From assembly GCA_943787795.1 (NCBI GenBank), contig CALSNU010000002.1:32001-96000 (forward strand): a DNA stretch of 64,000 nucleotides, given 5' to 3'. Positions 45,454 through 55,266 of the stretch are shown here, piece after piece (position 1 is the stretch's first letter; every line of letters starts with the position of its first letter). The translations under genes and the position numbers were made by a program. The stretch is from an uncultured bacterium. GTDB taxonomy: Bacteria; Planctomycetota; UBA1135; GCA-002686595. The notes beneath the pieces are model-generated. The model did no database searches. It had not been told where the DNA came from and saw nothing but the letters and a program-made list of their open reading frames with translations.

Positions 45454-48400
45454 GTGCTGATGCTCCCCTCCCTGATCGCCCTCGCGCTCGCCGCCGGCTC
45501 CACCGCCGGTGAGCTCTCCCACGACCCCGCCGCTCCGGGAAACTCCGCCGCGCCGGAGGGCACCATCTCTCGGGAGGGCACCATCGCTCGGGGGGACACT
45601 ATCGCTCGGGGGGACACTATCGCTCGGGGGGGCACTATCGCTCGGGGGGGCACTATCGCTCGGGGGGGCACTGTCACTCGGGGGGATACCGTCGACTTCG
45701 GTCGCGACGTCCGCCCGCTCCTCGCCGAGCACTGCTACGCGTGCCACGGGCCCGACGAGGCCGCCCGCAAGGGTGGGCTGCGGCTCGACGTGGGCGACGA
45801 AGCCCGCGCGGCCGGGATCTTCGACGAGGACCCCGCGGAGTTCGTGCGCCGCATCGACGGCGCGGACGACTGGGAGCTCATGCCGCCCCCTGAGGCGGAG
45901 CACCCCCTCGATGAGGCCGCCATCGAGGTCTTTCGCCTGTGGGTCGCCGCGGGCGCGCCCTACGAGGCGCACTGGGCCTTCGAGGCGCCCGAGGCCGCTC
46001 CAGCCCCCGAGGACGCGTGGGGCCGCAACCCGATCGACCACTTCGTCCTGGCTGGACTCACCGAGGCCGGCCTCGAGCCCTCCCCCGAGGCAGACAGGCG
46101 GACCCTCGCGCGGCGCCTCTCCCTGGACCTGACCGGCCTGCCCCCGGACCCGGCGGAGGTCGAAGCCTTCGTGCTCGATGAAGCCCCCGACGCCTACGAG
46201 CGACTGGTGGACCGCTGGATGGCGCGGGACACCTGGGGCGAGCACCGCGCCCGGCAGTGGCTCGACGTGGCGCGCTACGCCGACACCCACGGCATCCACT
46301 TCGACAACTACCGGGACATCTGGCCCTACCGCGACTGGGTCATCGGCGCCTTCAACGGCGACATGCCCTTCAACCAGTTCTCCATCGAGCAGCTGGCGGG
46401 CGACCTGCTCCCGGACGCGACCCTGGAGCAGCGCGTCGCCACGGGCTTCCTGCGCTGCAACATCACCACCAACGAGGGCGGGCTCATCGACGAGGAGTAC
46501 AAGGTCCTCTACGCCCGCGACCGCACCGAGACCTTCGGACAGGCCTGGCTCGGCATGAGCGTGGGCTGCGCCGTCTGCCACGACCACAAGTACGACCCGC
46601 TCAGCCAGCGCGAGTTCTACGAGCTCTCCGCATTCTTCGATAACACCACCGTCCCCGTGCGCGACGGCAACGTGAAGGACCCGCGGCCGATCCTGCGCGT
46701 CACGCCCATGGGCGAGCGGGACCGGCGGGCGCAGCTGCTGGCGTCCCTGGAGGTCGGGCGACGGAAGCGCGGCGAACGCGCGAACGCGGCCCGCGCCGAC
46801 CTCGGTGCGTGGCTCGCGGAGACGGGCGGCGCGGGCATCGGCGCCGAGGCGCCCCACCGCTCGTACGAGGCCCTCCACCTCCCCCTCTCCGAGGGCGCGG
46901 GCCAGTACGTGACCGCAATCGTCGACGGTGCCGCGGCCGCGTACCCCCTGGAGGGCAAGGCAGCCTGGTCCGCCCAGGGCCCCGGGGGCGTCGCCCTCAA
47001 GACCGAGGGGCAGGCGATCACCGTCCCCGACGCCGCCGACTTCGAGCAGGACGAGCCCTTCACCAGCACCGCCTGGGTCAAGGTCCGCAAGGGCGAGCCC
47101 ACCGGCGCCCTGTGGAGTCGCATGGACTCCCCGAGCGCCTTCCGCGGCTGGGACGTGTGGCTCCAGAACGGACGCGTCGGCACCCACATCATCCACGCCT
47201 TCCCGGAGGACTGGCTGAAGGTCGTGGCCCGGGATCCCCTCCCCGTGGACCGCTGGGTGCACGTGGCCGTGACCTACGACGGCAGCTCCAAGGCCGCCGG
47301 CGTGGCGATCTACCACGACGGCGTCCTCCAGCCCACCAGGACCGAGGCGGACAAGCTCACCGGCTCCACCCGCACCGAGGTCCCCTTCCGGGTCGGCACC
47401 CGCACCGGGGGCAGCCCCACCCGCGCCCACCTCTACGAGCTCCGGGTGCACCGGGGCGTCCTCAACAGCGCCCAGATCCAGGGGCTCGCACTCTCGCGCC
47501 TCGCGGCCACCGCCGCCCGCGCGGGGTACGACGCCCTCGACGCGGATGGCCAGGCGAGCCTGAATCGCTGGTGGCTCGAGAACCGCGACCTTGAGTGGCA
47601 GGGGCTCGACGCCTTCGTCAGGACGGACGAAACCGCGCTCGCCGCCATCGAGAACGCGAGCCCCACGGCCCACGTGTTCGGCGAGCGCGACGGCGCGCCC
47701 ATGGCCTACGTGCTCAACCGCGGCGAGTACGACCAGCGCGGCGAGCAGGTCGGCGCGGGGACCCCCGCCTTCCTCCCCCCCCTGCCGGAGGGGGCCGAGC
47801 GCGACCGCCTCGCCCTCGCCAACTGGCTCTTCCAGCCGGGCCACCCGCTCACCGCCCGGGTCGCGGTCAACCGCTACTGGCAGGAGGTCTTCGGCCAGGG
47901 CATCGTGCCCACCAGCGGAGACTTCGGGCTCGCGGGCGAGCACCCGACCCACCCCGAGCTCCTGGACTGGCTCGCCCTGCACTTCGAGGAGGAGGACTGG
48001 AGCGTGAAGCGGCTCTTCCGAACCCTGGTGACCTCCGCCACCTACCGCCAGAGCGCGCGCATGACGCCCGAGCGCCTGGAGCGTGACCCCGACAACGCGC
48101 TCCTCTCCCGGGGCCCGCGCTTCCGCATGGACGCCGAGATGGTGCGCGACACGGCCCTGGCCGCGAGCGGGCTGCTGGTCCCCACCATCGGCGGTCCGAG
48201 CGTCAAGCCCTACCAGCCCCCCGGGGTCTGGGAGGCGGTCGCCATGCGCGAGAGCAACACCCACAACTACGTCCAGGACCAGGGCGACGGGCTGCGGCGC
48301 CGGAGCATGTACACGTTCTGGAAGCGGTCGGCGCCGCCGGCCTCCATGGAGATCTTCGACGCCCCCAGCCGCGAGACCTGCGCGGTCCGGCGCGAGCGCA

Positions 48401-48759
48401 CGAACACGCCGCTCCAGGCGCTTGTGACCCTCAACGACCCCCAGTTCATCGAGGCCGCGCGCGCCCTCGCGGAGCGGGCCCTCGCGCTGGAGGCGCCGGC
48501 CGCCGGCACGGTCGACGACGGCGCGCGGATGGACCACCTCATGGCGCGCCTCACCTCACGCGCCCTGGCGGACGACGAGCGCGCGGTGTGCGCCGGGGTC
48601 CTCGCGGACCTGCGGGCCCACTACGCCGGCGACCCGGACGCGGCCGCCGCCCTGCTCGACGTCGGGGACAGCACCGCCGCCGAGGACCCGGCCGAGCTCG
48701 CCGCCTGGACGATGCTCGCCAACATGCTCATGAACCTCGACGAGGTGGTGAACAAATGA
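45454..48759 (+). CDS. Planctomycete cytochrome c + DUF1549 + LamG + DUF1553 (PSD1) protein
   Basis: CYACHGPD, NPIDHF, RRLSLDLTGLPP, WLDVARYADT, CAVCHDHKYDP, LamG insert, PTHPELLDWLA, RRSMY, TNTPLQAL. Confidence 0.95.
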   Translation: MLMLPSLIALALAAGSTAGELSHDPAAPGNSAAPEGTISREGTIARGDTIARGDTIARGGTIARGGTIARGGTVTRGDTVDFGRDVRPLLAEHCYACHGPDEAARKGGLRLDVGDEARAAGIFDEDPAEFVRRIDGADDWELMPPPEAEHPLDEAAIEVFRLWVAAGAPYEAHWAFEAPEAAPAPEDAWGRNPIDHFVLAGLTEAGLEPSPEADRRTLARRLSLDLTGLPPDPAEVEAFVLDEAPDAYERLVDRWMARDTWGEHRARQWLDVARYADTHGIHFDNYRDIWPYRDWVIGAFNGDMPFNQFSIEQLAGDLLPDATLEQRVATGFLRCNITTNEGGLIDEEYKVLYARDRTETFGQAWLGMSVGCAVCHDHKYDPLSQREFYELSAFFDNTTVPVRDGNVKDPRPILRVTPMGERDRRAQLLASLEVGRRKRGERANAARADLGAWLAETGGAGIGAEAPHRSYEALHLPLSEGAGQYVTAIVDGAAAAYPLEGKAAWSAQGPGGVALKTEGQAITVPDAADFEQDEPFTSTAWVKVRKGEPTGALWSRMDSPSAFRGWDVWLQNGRVGTHIIHAFPEDWLKVVARDPLPVDRWVHVAVTYDGSSKAAGVAIYHDGVLQPTRTEADKLTGSTRTEVPFRVGTRTGGSPTRAHLYELRVHRGVLNSAQIQGLALSRLAATAARAGYDALDADGQASLNRWWLENRDLEWQGLDAFVRTDETALAAIENASPTAHVFGERDGAPMAYVLNRGEYDQRGEQVGAGTPAFLPPLPEGAERDRLALANWLFQPGHPLTARVAVNRYWQEVFGQGIVPTSGDFGLAGEHPTHPELLDWLALHFEEEDWSVKRLFRTLVTSATYRQSARMTPERLERDPDNALLSRGPRFRMDAEMVRDTALAASGLLVPTIGGPSVKPYQPPGVWEAVAMRESNTHNYVQDQGDGLRRRSMYTFWKRSAPPASMEIFDAPSRETCAVRRERTNTPLQALVTLNDPQFIEAARALAERALALEAPAAGTVDDGARMDHLMARLTSRALADDERAVCAGVLADLRAHYAGDPDAAAALLDVGDSTAAEDPAELAAWTMLANMLMNLDEVVNK
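45559..45684 (+). repeat. In-frame 7 x 18-bp tandem repeat encoding (G/D)TIARG
   Basis: G(G/A)CAC(C/T)ATCGCTCGGGGG units in the linker after the signal peptide. Confidence 0.95.
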
Positions 48760-50202
48760 ACCTGCCCGGCACCGACCCCCTCGCGCCCCTGCGCGAGACC
48801 CTGACCCGCAGGCACTTCCTGCGCTCCGGCAGCCACCTGCTCGCGGGGGCCGCCATGGCCCGGCTCGGTGGCGCGTCTCCGCTGGGCGCGTCGCCGCTCT
48901 CCCTGGCGCCCAAGGCCAAGCGCGTCATCTACCTCCACATGGTGGGCGGCCCGCCCCAGATGGACCTGTTCGACCCCAAGCCCCAGATGGCGGAGTGGTA
49001 CGACAAGGACCTGCCTGAGTCGGTGCGGGACGGCCAGCGCCTGACCACCATGACCTCGGGTCAGACGCGCTTCCCCATCGCCCCGAGCCGGTACCGCTTC
49101 GACCGCCACGGGGAGTGCGGCATGGAGATGACCGAGCTGCTCCCGAACCTCGGCAAGTCTGCGGACCGCATGTGCCTCGTGCGCAGCGTCCACACCGACG
49201 CCATCAACCACGAGCCGGCGATCACCTTCCTGCAGACCGGCAACCAGGTCACCGGCCGGCCGTGCCTTGGGGCCTGGGCCTCCTACGGGCTCGGCTCCAT
49301 GAACGAGGACCTGCCCACCTTCGTGGTCATGGTCGCGCGCCCCACCAACCAGGAGCAGATGCAGGCCATCTCCGCCCGCCTGTGGTCCTCGGGCGCCCTG
49401 CCCGGCGCCCACGCCGGCGTGTCCTTCCGCACCAGCGGCGACCCGATCCTCTTCCTCGAGAACCCCAACGGGGTGAGCGACGCCGTGCGGCGGCGCACCC
49501 TGGACGGGATCGGCGAGCTCAACCAGCGCCTCCTGGACGACATCGGCGACCCCCAGACCCGCACGCGCATGGAGCAGTACGAGCTGGCCTACCGCATGCA
49601 GTCGAGCGTCCCCGACCTCGCCGACCTGAGCGTGGAGCCCGACCGCACCTGGGAGATGTACGGCGACGCGGCGCGCAAGCCCGGCACCTTCGCCAACACG
49701 GCCCTCATGGCCCGGCGCATGGTCGAGCGCGGCGTACGCTTCGTGCAGATCTACCACAACAACTGGGACACCCACGCCAACGTGGCCGGCCGCCTTCCCG
49801 ACCAGTGCCGGGACGTGGACCAGCCCTGCCACGCGCTCCTCACCGACCTCGAGCAGCGCGGCCTGCTCGACGAGACCCTCGTGATCTGGGGCGGTGAGTT
49901 CGGCCGGACCATCTACTCCCAGGGCGGCCTCTCCAAGGAGAACTACGGCCGCGACCACCACCCCCGCTGCTTCTCCATGTGGATGGCCCGGGGGCGGCTT
50001 CCGCCCGGGGCACGTGCACGGCGAGACCGACGACTTCTCCTACAACGTGGTCAAGGACCCCGTGAACGTGCACGACCTGCACGCCACCCTCCTGCACCAG
50101 CTGGGCCTAGACTCCGAGCGCCTCAGCGTTCGCCACCAGGGCCTCGACCTGCGCCTCACCGGCGTCGAGCCCGCCCGCGTCCTGCACGAGCTCCTGGCCT
50201 GA
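48756..50202 (+). pseudogene. DUF1501 protein (Tat-type TRRHFL) with a +1 frameshift near 49988 (real lesion or sequencing error)
   Basis: AKRVIYL..GGP, WDTH, GEFGRT, GRDHH lie in one frame; the normal C-terminus [27 protein letters not shown] lies in another. Extra C in TGG ATG GCC C GGG GGC GGC. Confidence 0.85.
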
Positions 50203-50264
50203 GGCCGGGCGGCCCTCGATCGCAGGGAGCGGCGGAGGGACAGGGTCAGCGGTATCCTGTGGCC

Positions 50265-51431
50265 ATGCTCGCGCTCGCCCTCCTGCCCCCCCTCGCACCG
50301 CTCGTCCCCGTCGTCGCGAGCCAGAACGTCGACTTCCTGGACACGGTCGAGGCCATGCTCGTCGCCGACGTGCTGGACGTGGCAGCGCAGGTCGAGCAAT
50401 GGGTCGCGGACCTGCCGCCCGTTGAAGCTGGGGCCAAGGCGCCGAGCGCGGAGAGCGCTGCGGCCTTCGAGGCCTGGGACGAGGACTGGCAGGCGCTGAT
50501 GGGCAGCAAGGACTTCGAGTCGGACATGGCGAGGGTCATGGTCGAGGGGCTCGCCCTCCGGCGCAGGTGGAGCGGCGCTCCCTGGTCCGAGTTCGAGGAG
50601 CGCTCGACCCGCCTCCGGCGGGAGGGCTCACAGGTCCTCGTCATGGCGCTCCTGCGGCTGGAGCTCCTGGAGCGCAGCCCGCCGGAGCGGCAGGGGGAGT
50701 TCGCCGCGGAGTGGCTTCGATCCGGCCAAAGTGGCCGGAGCGAGCAGCTGGAGTCCCTGTTCAAGGCCGAAGGCGCGGTGGTCGAGGGGCTGGGCGCGCT
50801 CCGCCCCGGGCGAGGCAGCGTCCAGGACGCCGTCCGCAACCACCGATACGGCTCCCGGCGGGTGCTCGATGACCAGGTGAAGGCGGCGATGCCGCGCGGC
50901 TTCGATCATCGGCTCCAGGAGGCCCTCGCGGTCCGCTGGCTCGTTGATCACGCCAACCCCGACCGGCACGACCTCCTGGTGAAGGCCGCCGCCGCGGTGC
51001 AGGAAGAGCGCTGGACCCGCACGCCCCTCTACTTCGATGCGTGCGTGCGGATGGGAACCCTCCCCGCCCTCGAGGAGTGCGTCGACGCGCTGGGGCGGAT
51101 CGAGGACCTACGCGACGAGCTGGAGCGGGAGCGACGCCGCGGGAGCAAGCTCGTCAAGAAGCGTGCGCCCCGCGACTGGGAGCTCTCGAAGGACGACTGG
51201 GCCGTGCTGCGCGAGGCGGTCATTGCGGACCACGAGCGCGTCGTCGACCGGCGCGCGGCGGCCCTCGACGGCTACGCGCGGGCGGCCGAGGAGCGCCTCG
51301 CGGCCTTCGCCAGCGCGCTGGGGACCGATGCGCCCGAGCCCGGGGGCGCGAAAGCTCACGCGGCCTGGAAGAGGTGGCTCAAGGGAAGCCGGTCGTCCCT
51401 GCCCGAGGGCCTCACCGAAGAGGCAAGATGA
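50265..51431 (+). CDS. Hypothetical exported helical protein
   Basis: Signal-like N-terminus; TATCCT 6 nt upstream of the ATG; helical and coiled-coil character. Confidence 0.7.
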   Translation: MLALALLPPLAPLVPVVASQNVDFLDTVEAMLVADVLDVAAQVEQWVADLPPVEAGAKAPSAESAAAFEAWDEDWQALMGSKDFESDMARVMVEGLALRRRWSGAPWSEFEERSTRLRREGSQVLVMALLRLELLERSPPERQGEFAAEWLRSGQSGRSEQLESLFKAEGAVVEGLGALRPGRGSVQDAVRNHRYGSRRVLDDQVKAAMPRGFDHRLQEALAVRWLVDHANPDRHDLLVKAAAAVQEERWTRTPLYFDACVRMGTLPALEECVDALGRIEDLRDELERERRRGSKLVKKRAPRDWELSKDDWAVLREAVIADHERVVDRRAAALDGYARAAEERLAAFASALGTDAPEPGGAKAHAAWKRWLKGSRSSLPEGLTEEAR

Positions 51432-52438
51432 ACCGCAGGCTCCTCGCGTCGATCCTCGCGCTCGCGGCCTGCGCGGGCCCGGTCCGCCGTGGGCCTGACC
51501 CGTTGAATCCAGGTCGCGGCCTCGTCGGCCTGCGGCCCATCCCTGCGGACGAGGCAGGGACCAAGCACAACCACGGCGGGTCATGGGAGGGGATGCCCAC
51601 CTTCGAGCAGCAGAAGGGCCGCTACCCCTTCGTCGCCGAGCACATCGACACACTCTTCGGCTGGGTGCCCGATGGTGACTTCGAGACCCGACGCGTTTTC
51701 TTCGAGTACTACTGGGGCCTGAGCGAGCAGCGCGACGACCTGGCCCCGAAGAAGAACGGGCTCATCCGGGCCATCCGCCGATGGGAGGAAAGGGGCGCCA
51801 CCGTCGGGCACATCCTCATCTGCCGGGAGGCGCGACTCGCGGTCCAGCGCGGCTGGCCGGACGCCGAGCTCGGACCGTTCGAGGAGGACGGGCGGATCCT
51901 CTCCGCGAAGGACGTCACCGCCATCCGCGCGATGTTCCGCGAGGCCCACGCCGAGGGGTTGACCCTGCACGAGGACTACCGCCTGCTCATGCTGGTCGAG
52001 GACCCCTCCTTCTTCGCCACCGATCCCGAGGCGAACAGGGTCATCAAGCTGACCGAAGGCGTCGCCTACGAGGCCCACCAGTTCAACCGCCACTGGCCGC
52101 TGGAGACCGGGTGGTCGAAGCCTGGGCCGGTGGTGGAGGGTGCGAAGTGGGCGCTGGAACAGGGGCTCGAGTACGTCCTCTATTACGGCCCGGTCCTGTG
52201 GGAGCCGTCCGAGCACTACAAGCCGTTCATCGAACGCGAGTGGCTGCAGGCCTACTGGGCCGCCGGGCTCCCCAAGCATCACCCGAAGATGCACTACTTC
52301 CTGAACACCTTCCCGCACCACACGGGGCGGGGCCGCCCCGTCGGCCCCGAGTCCGATCCGCACTCCGTGCTCGGACTGACCAAGTGGCTGATCGAGGAGA
52401 TCAAGACCCCTTCCTCCGAGGCCGGCCAGGCGCGGTGA
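51428..52438 (+). CDS. Hypothetical lipoprotein
   Basis: MNRRLLASILALAAC lipobox; ATGA overlap; aromatic-rich globular sequence. Confidence 0.75.
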   Translation: MNRRLLASILALAACAGPVRRGPDPLNPGRGLVGLRPIPADEAGTKHNHGGSWEGMPTFEQQKGRYPFVAEHIDTLFGWVPDGDFETRRVFFEYYWGLSEQRDDLAPKKNGLIRAIRRWEERGATVGHILICREARLAVQRGWPDAELGPFEEDGRILSAKDVTAIRAMFREAHAEGLTLHEDYRLLMLVEDPSFFATDPEANRVIKLTEGVAYEAHQFNRHWPLETGWSKPGPVVEGAKWALEQGLEYVLYYGPVLWEPSEHYKPFIEREWLQAYWAAGLPKHHPKMHYFLNTFPHHTGRGRPVGPESDPHSVLGLTKWLIEEIKTPSSEAGQAR

Positions 52439-52612
52439 TGGGGTCGAAGCCGCGGGTTCGGGCGCGGCGCTGCACCTCCGGCGAACCGAAGAAACCCTGA
52501 CCGCAGCGTGCCCAGGTGCGGCGCAGGCCTCGGACCTGGTACCGGACGGTATCCGCGGCGCGCGGCGGCACTAGGCTTGGCATCGCCCTCCGACCCCCGG
52601 TTGGCTACTCCG

Positions 52613-54085
52613 ATGATCGACCTCCTGCCCCTGGCCCTCGCCCTCCTCACGCCCGCGGCCGCCCACCAGGAAGCCGCCGGCAACGTCCAGGTGGTGGACG
52701 CGACCACCGGCGAGCCCGTGGCGGGCGCGGAGGTGCTGGGCGTCCGTGAGATCGAGGTCCCCGTGTTCGGCGTCACCTGGAGCGAGGCCCGCGACGTGAC
52801 CGACGCCGAGGGCTGGGCGACGCTGCCGCCGGTGACCTCGAAGCAGGAGTACCAGTGGCTCATCGTGCGCGCCGAGGGGTACGGCGTCGCCGGGCAGATG
52901 GACGTGCCCAGGTCCGATGGCTGGGTCGTCGAGCCGGTCGCGCTGCACCCGGAGGTGCCCGCCGGCATTCGGGTGCTCGACTACCTGGGGCGGCCCGTGG
53001 AGGGGCTCCACCTGGGCCTGTGCGTTGGCTGCGGGCACACCCCTGACGTGGCGAGCGCGGTCACCGGCACGGACGGCCGCGCGACCCTGCCCGGTGTAGG
53101 GCGCGAGATCGACGGCATCGCCGACGTGTACCCCGTGGGGGAGGGGGTCCTGACCGACTACCTGCACGTGGACTGGGACGCGGCGCGGGGCGGCGTGTAC
53201 GAGACGGTGGCCGAGCCGGGCGGGACTCTCGAGGGACGCCTCTTTCGCGCCGACGGGTCGCCGGCTGCCGGCTATGGCGTCGGAGTCCCGGCGCGGCACC
53301 GCGGCCCCTGGACCGTGACGGACGTGGAGGGCCGCTTCCGATGCCGGGGCCTCGATCCGCGCTTCGCGTCCTACCTCCAGGTGAAGGCCCCCACTGGGGA
53401 GACCATCGCCGGGTTCGAGGGGTCTCGAATCGGCGTCCAGCGCACACTCCGCCTGCCCGCCGAGTTCTGGGGCGACACCGAGCCCGCGCGGGACGCCGAG
53501 CTCGCCCTCTCGGTCTACGTCGAGGGCACGCCGAAGGGCGACGGTGACTCCATCTGGCCGCTCGGAGTGCCGGTCCTCGCCACCCACCTCGGCACCGGAT
53601 GGTGCGCCCAGTTCCACGTCGCGCTCGCCGAGGAGACCCTCCTGGAGCTCCCGAGCGGTCCGTACCGGATCGAGGTCGGCGGCGGCGCGAGTCCCTATCC
53701 CTTGAAGAGGGTGGACGCGATCGAGCTCTCTCCCGAGCTGAAGACCCCGGAGTTGGAGCTCGAGATGCCTCGGCCCCAGCTCGTGCGCCTCGAGATCGAG
53801 GGGGTCCTCGAGAGCTCGAAGCTCCAGATGGCCTGCGCCGACGGCCAGGTCCGCAAGCTCAAGCTCGACCGGGTCGAGCGCGCGCCCGGGGCCGCTCGCG
53901 GGCTCGGCGTGGTGGAGCGCGTCGCGCTACCGGCGGAGCCCTTCGGGCTGTGGCTCGACAGCGAGGATGAACCCGAAGCCGCGGGTCGTTCAGCGGTCCT
54001 CATGGAGCTCTCCGAGCCCCGCTACCGGAAGGACCCCGACGAGGGCGCCGTCCGCTTCGTGCGGGCCACCCGACGCCCGCGCTGA
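52613..54085 (+). CDS. Exported protein with carboxypeptidase-regulatory-like repeats
   Basis: Signal peptide; VVDATTGEPVAGAEV, TDAEG, TGTDG, TDVEGRF repeats. Confidence 0.75.
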   Translation: MIDLLPLALALLTPAAAHQEAAGNVQVVDATTGEPVAGAEVLGVREIEVPVFGVTWSEARDVTDAEGWATLPPVTSKQEYQWLIVRAEGYGVAGQMDVPRSDGWVVEPVALHPEVPAGIRVLDYLGRPVEGLHLGLCVGCGHTPDVASAVTGTDGRATLPGVGREIDGIADVYPVGEGVLTDYLHVDWDAARGGVYETVAEPGGTLEGRLFRADGSPAAGYGVGVPARHRGPWTVTDVEGRFRCRGLDPRFASYLQVKAPTGETIAGFEGSRIGVQRTLRLPAEFWGDTEPARDAELALSVYVEGTPKGDGDSIWPLGVPVLATHLGTGWCAQFHVALAEETLLELPSGPYRIEVGGGASPYPLKRVDAIELSPELKTPELELEMPRPQLVRLEIEGVLESSKLQMACADGQVRKLKLDRVERAPGAARGLGVVERVALPAEPFGLWLDSEDEPEAAGRSAVLMELSEPRYRKDPDEGAVRFVRATRRPR

Positions 54086-54093
54086 ATCGCCCC

Positions 54094-55038
54094 TCAGGGG
54101 ATCGAGCGCGCGGCCGCCGGCCCACGGGCCGCCTCCCGCGCCCGGCACGCGAGGTCGGGGTCGTCCACGAAGACGGCGTCCGCGGGGAAGCGCTGGAGGA
54201 ACTCCGTCAGCGCCGCCTCGTCCCCGCGGAAGGTCCACACGAACACCTCGAGCCCGAGCTCGTGCGCACGCTGCAGGAGGCCCGGGCCCAGGGCGTCCGG
54301 GCCCTCGAAGGTCGCCCGCGAGAGACCGATGCCCGCGAGGCCCTCGGTGTGCTCCTCGAGGTCATCGGGGGACGGGAGAGATCCCGACAGGTTCCAGACC
54401 AGCCTCGCCGGGCAGTCCGGAGCCCCTGCTGCGGTGCGCAGCGCCTCACGATCGAAGCTCTGCACCACGACCGCCGCCCCCGGGTTCTCCTCGCCCCAGC
54501 GAGCCAGGACCTCCAAGACCGGCCCCGCGAGGTCGACCCCCTCCGCCAGGTGCCACGCCGGCTGCTTGAGCTCGGGGACGACGCCCACCGACCGGCCCGA
54601 TCGTTCGTTGAGGCGCGTGACAAGGTCGAGGGCATCGGTGAGCCGCGCGAGGCGATAGACGGTGTCGTCCCCCTCCGGGCCGCTCACCCCCAGCCCCTCC
54701 AGCTCGCTCCAGTCGAAGTCGCGGGCGTACCAGCGGCCATCCGATCGGGCCCTCCCCGGGAACCGCGCCGCCGCATCGGTGACCCGCTCCAGGGTGAGGT
54801 CGTGAAGGCAAACGAGGACGCCATCCCGGCTGCAGACCACGTCCGGCTCCACGAGGTCCGCCCCCTGGGCGTGGGCGAGGGCATAGGCCTCGAGGGTGTG
54901 CTCGGGGAGGTACGCGCTCGCACCCCGGTGCCCGAGGATGAGCGGACGCCCGGGTTCGCCGAGGGGAGCCGATGGCGGGCCCGGGGCGTGAACGCAGCCC
55001 GCGAGGACCGCGAGCCCGATGAGGAGAAGTCGGCGCAT
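54094..55038 (-). CDS. Glycerophosphodiester phosphodiesterase, lipoprotein (GlpQ-like)
   Basis: Lipobox LAGC; GHRGASAYLPEHTL, EPDV..SRDG..HD, ELK, QSF, WT. Confidence 0.92.
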   Translation of the reverse strand: MRRLLLIGLAVLAGCVHAPGPPSAPLGEPGRPLILGHRGASAYLPEHTLEAYALAHAQGADLVEPDVVCSRDGVLVCLHDLTLERVTDAAARFPGRARSDGRWYARDFDWSELEGLGVSGPEGDDTVYRLARLTDALDLVTRLNERSGRSVGVVPELKQPAWHLAEGVDLAGPVLEVLARWGEENPGAAVVVQSFDREALRTAAGAPDCPARLVWNLSGSLPSPDDLEEHTEGLAGIGLSRATFEGPDALGPGLLQRAHELGLEVFVWTFRGDEAALTEFLQRFPADAVFVDDPDLACRAREAARGPAAARSIP

Positions 55039-55266
55039 GGTGAGAGTCTGCACGACCGGCGGCCCGTTCGCTGGACCCGCCGCACCGGAGCCGCCGCACC
55101 CGACCCGCACAACGCGGCCATGGGAGATTCCCGCCTCGCCTTCTGGCGCCGCCGGTTGTTCTCCCCGGGGTGCCTCCCTAGGATCCGCCGCCCTTTTGCC
55201 CGCCCGCGCCCGTTCGCCGGGCCGAGCCCCCTCGCGCGGCCGGCCCGTCTCTCCCCCCCCATCCCC

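Noticed and set aside
44431..48537. Very long antisense ORFs (1368 aa here; also 9487-12144, 58475-61273 and the 5' part of 19005-22217)
   Set aside because: Shadow ORFs opposite real high-GC3 genes; Arg/Gly/Ala-rich with no motifs.
48588..51431. 947-aa ORF as a genuine fusion protein
   Set aside because: Explained by a +1 frameshift in DUF1501; the junction peptide is low-complexity off-frame sequence.
53020..53037. CVGCGH as a heme c attachment site
   Set aside because: The spacing is CxxCxH, not CxxCH.
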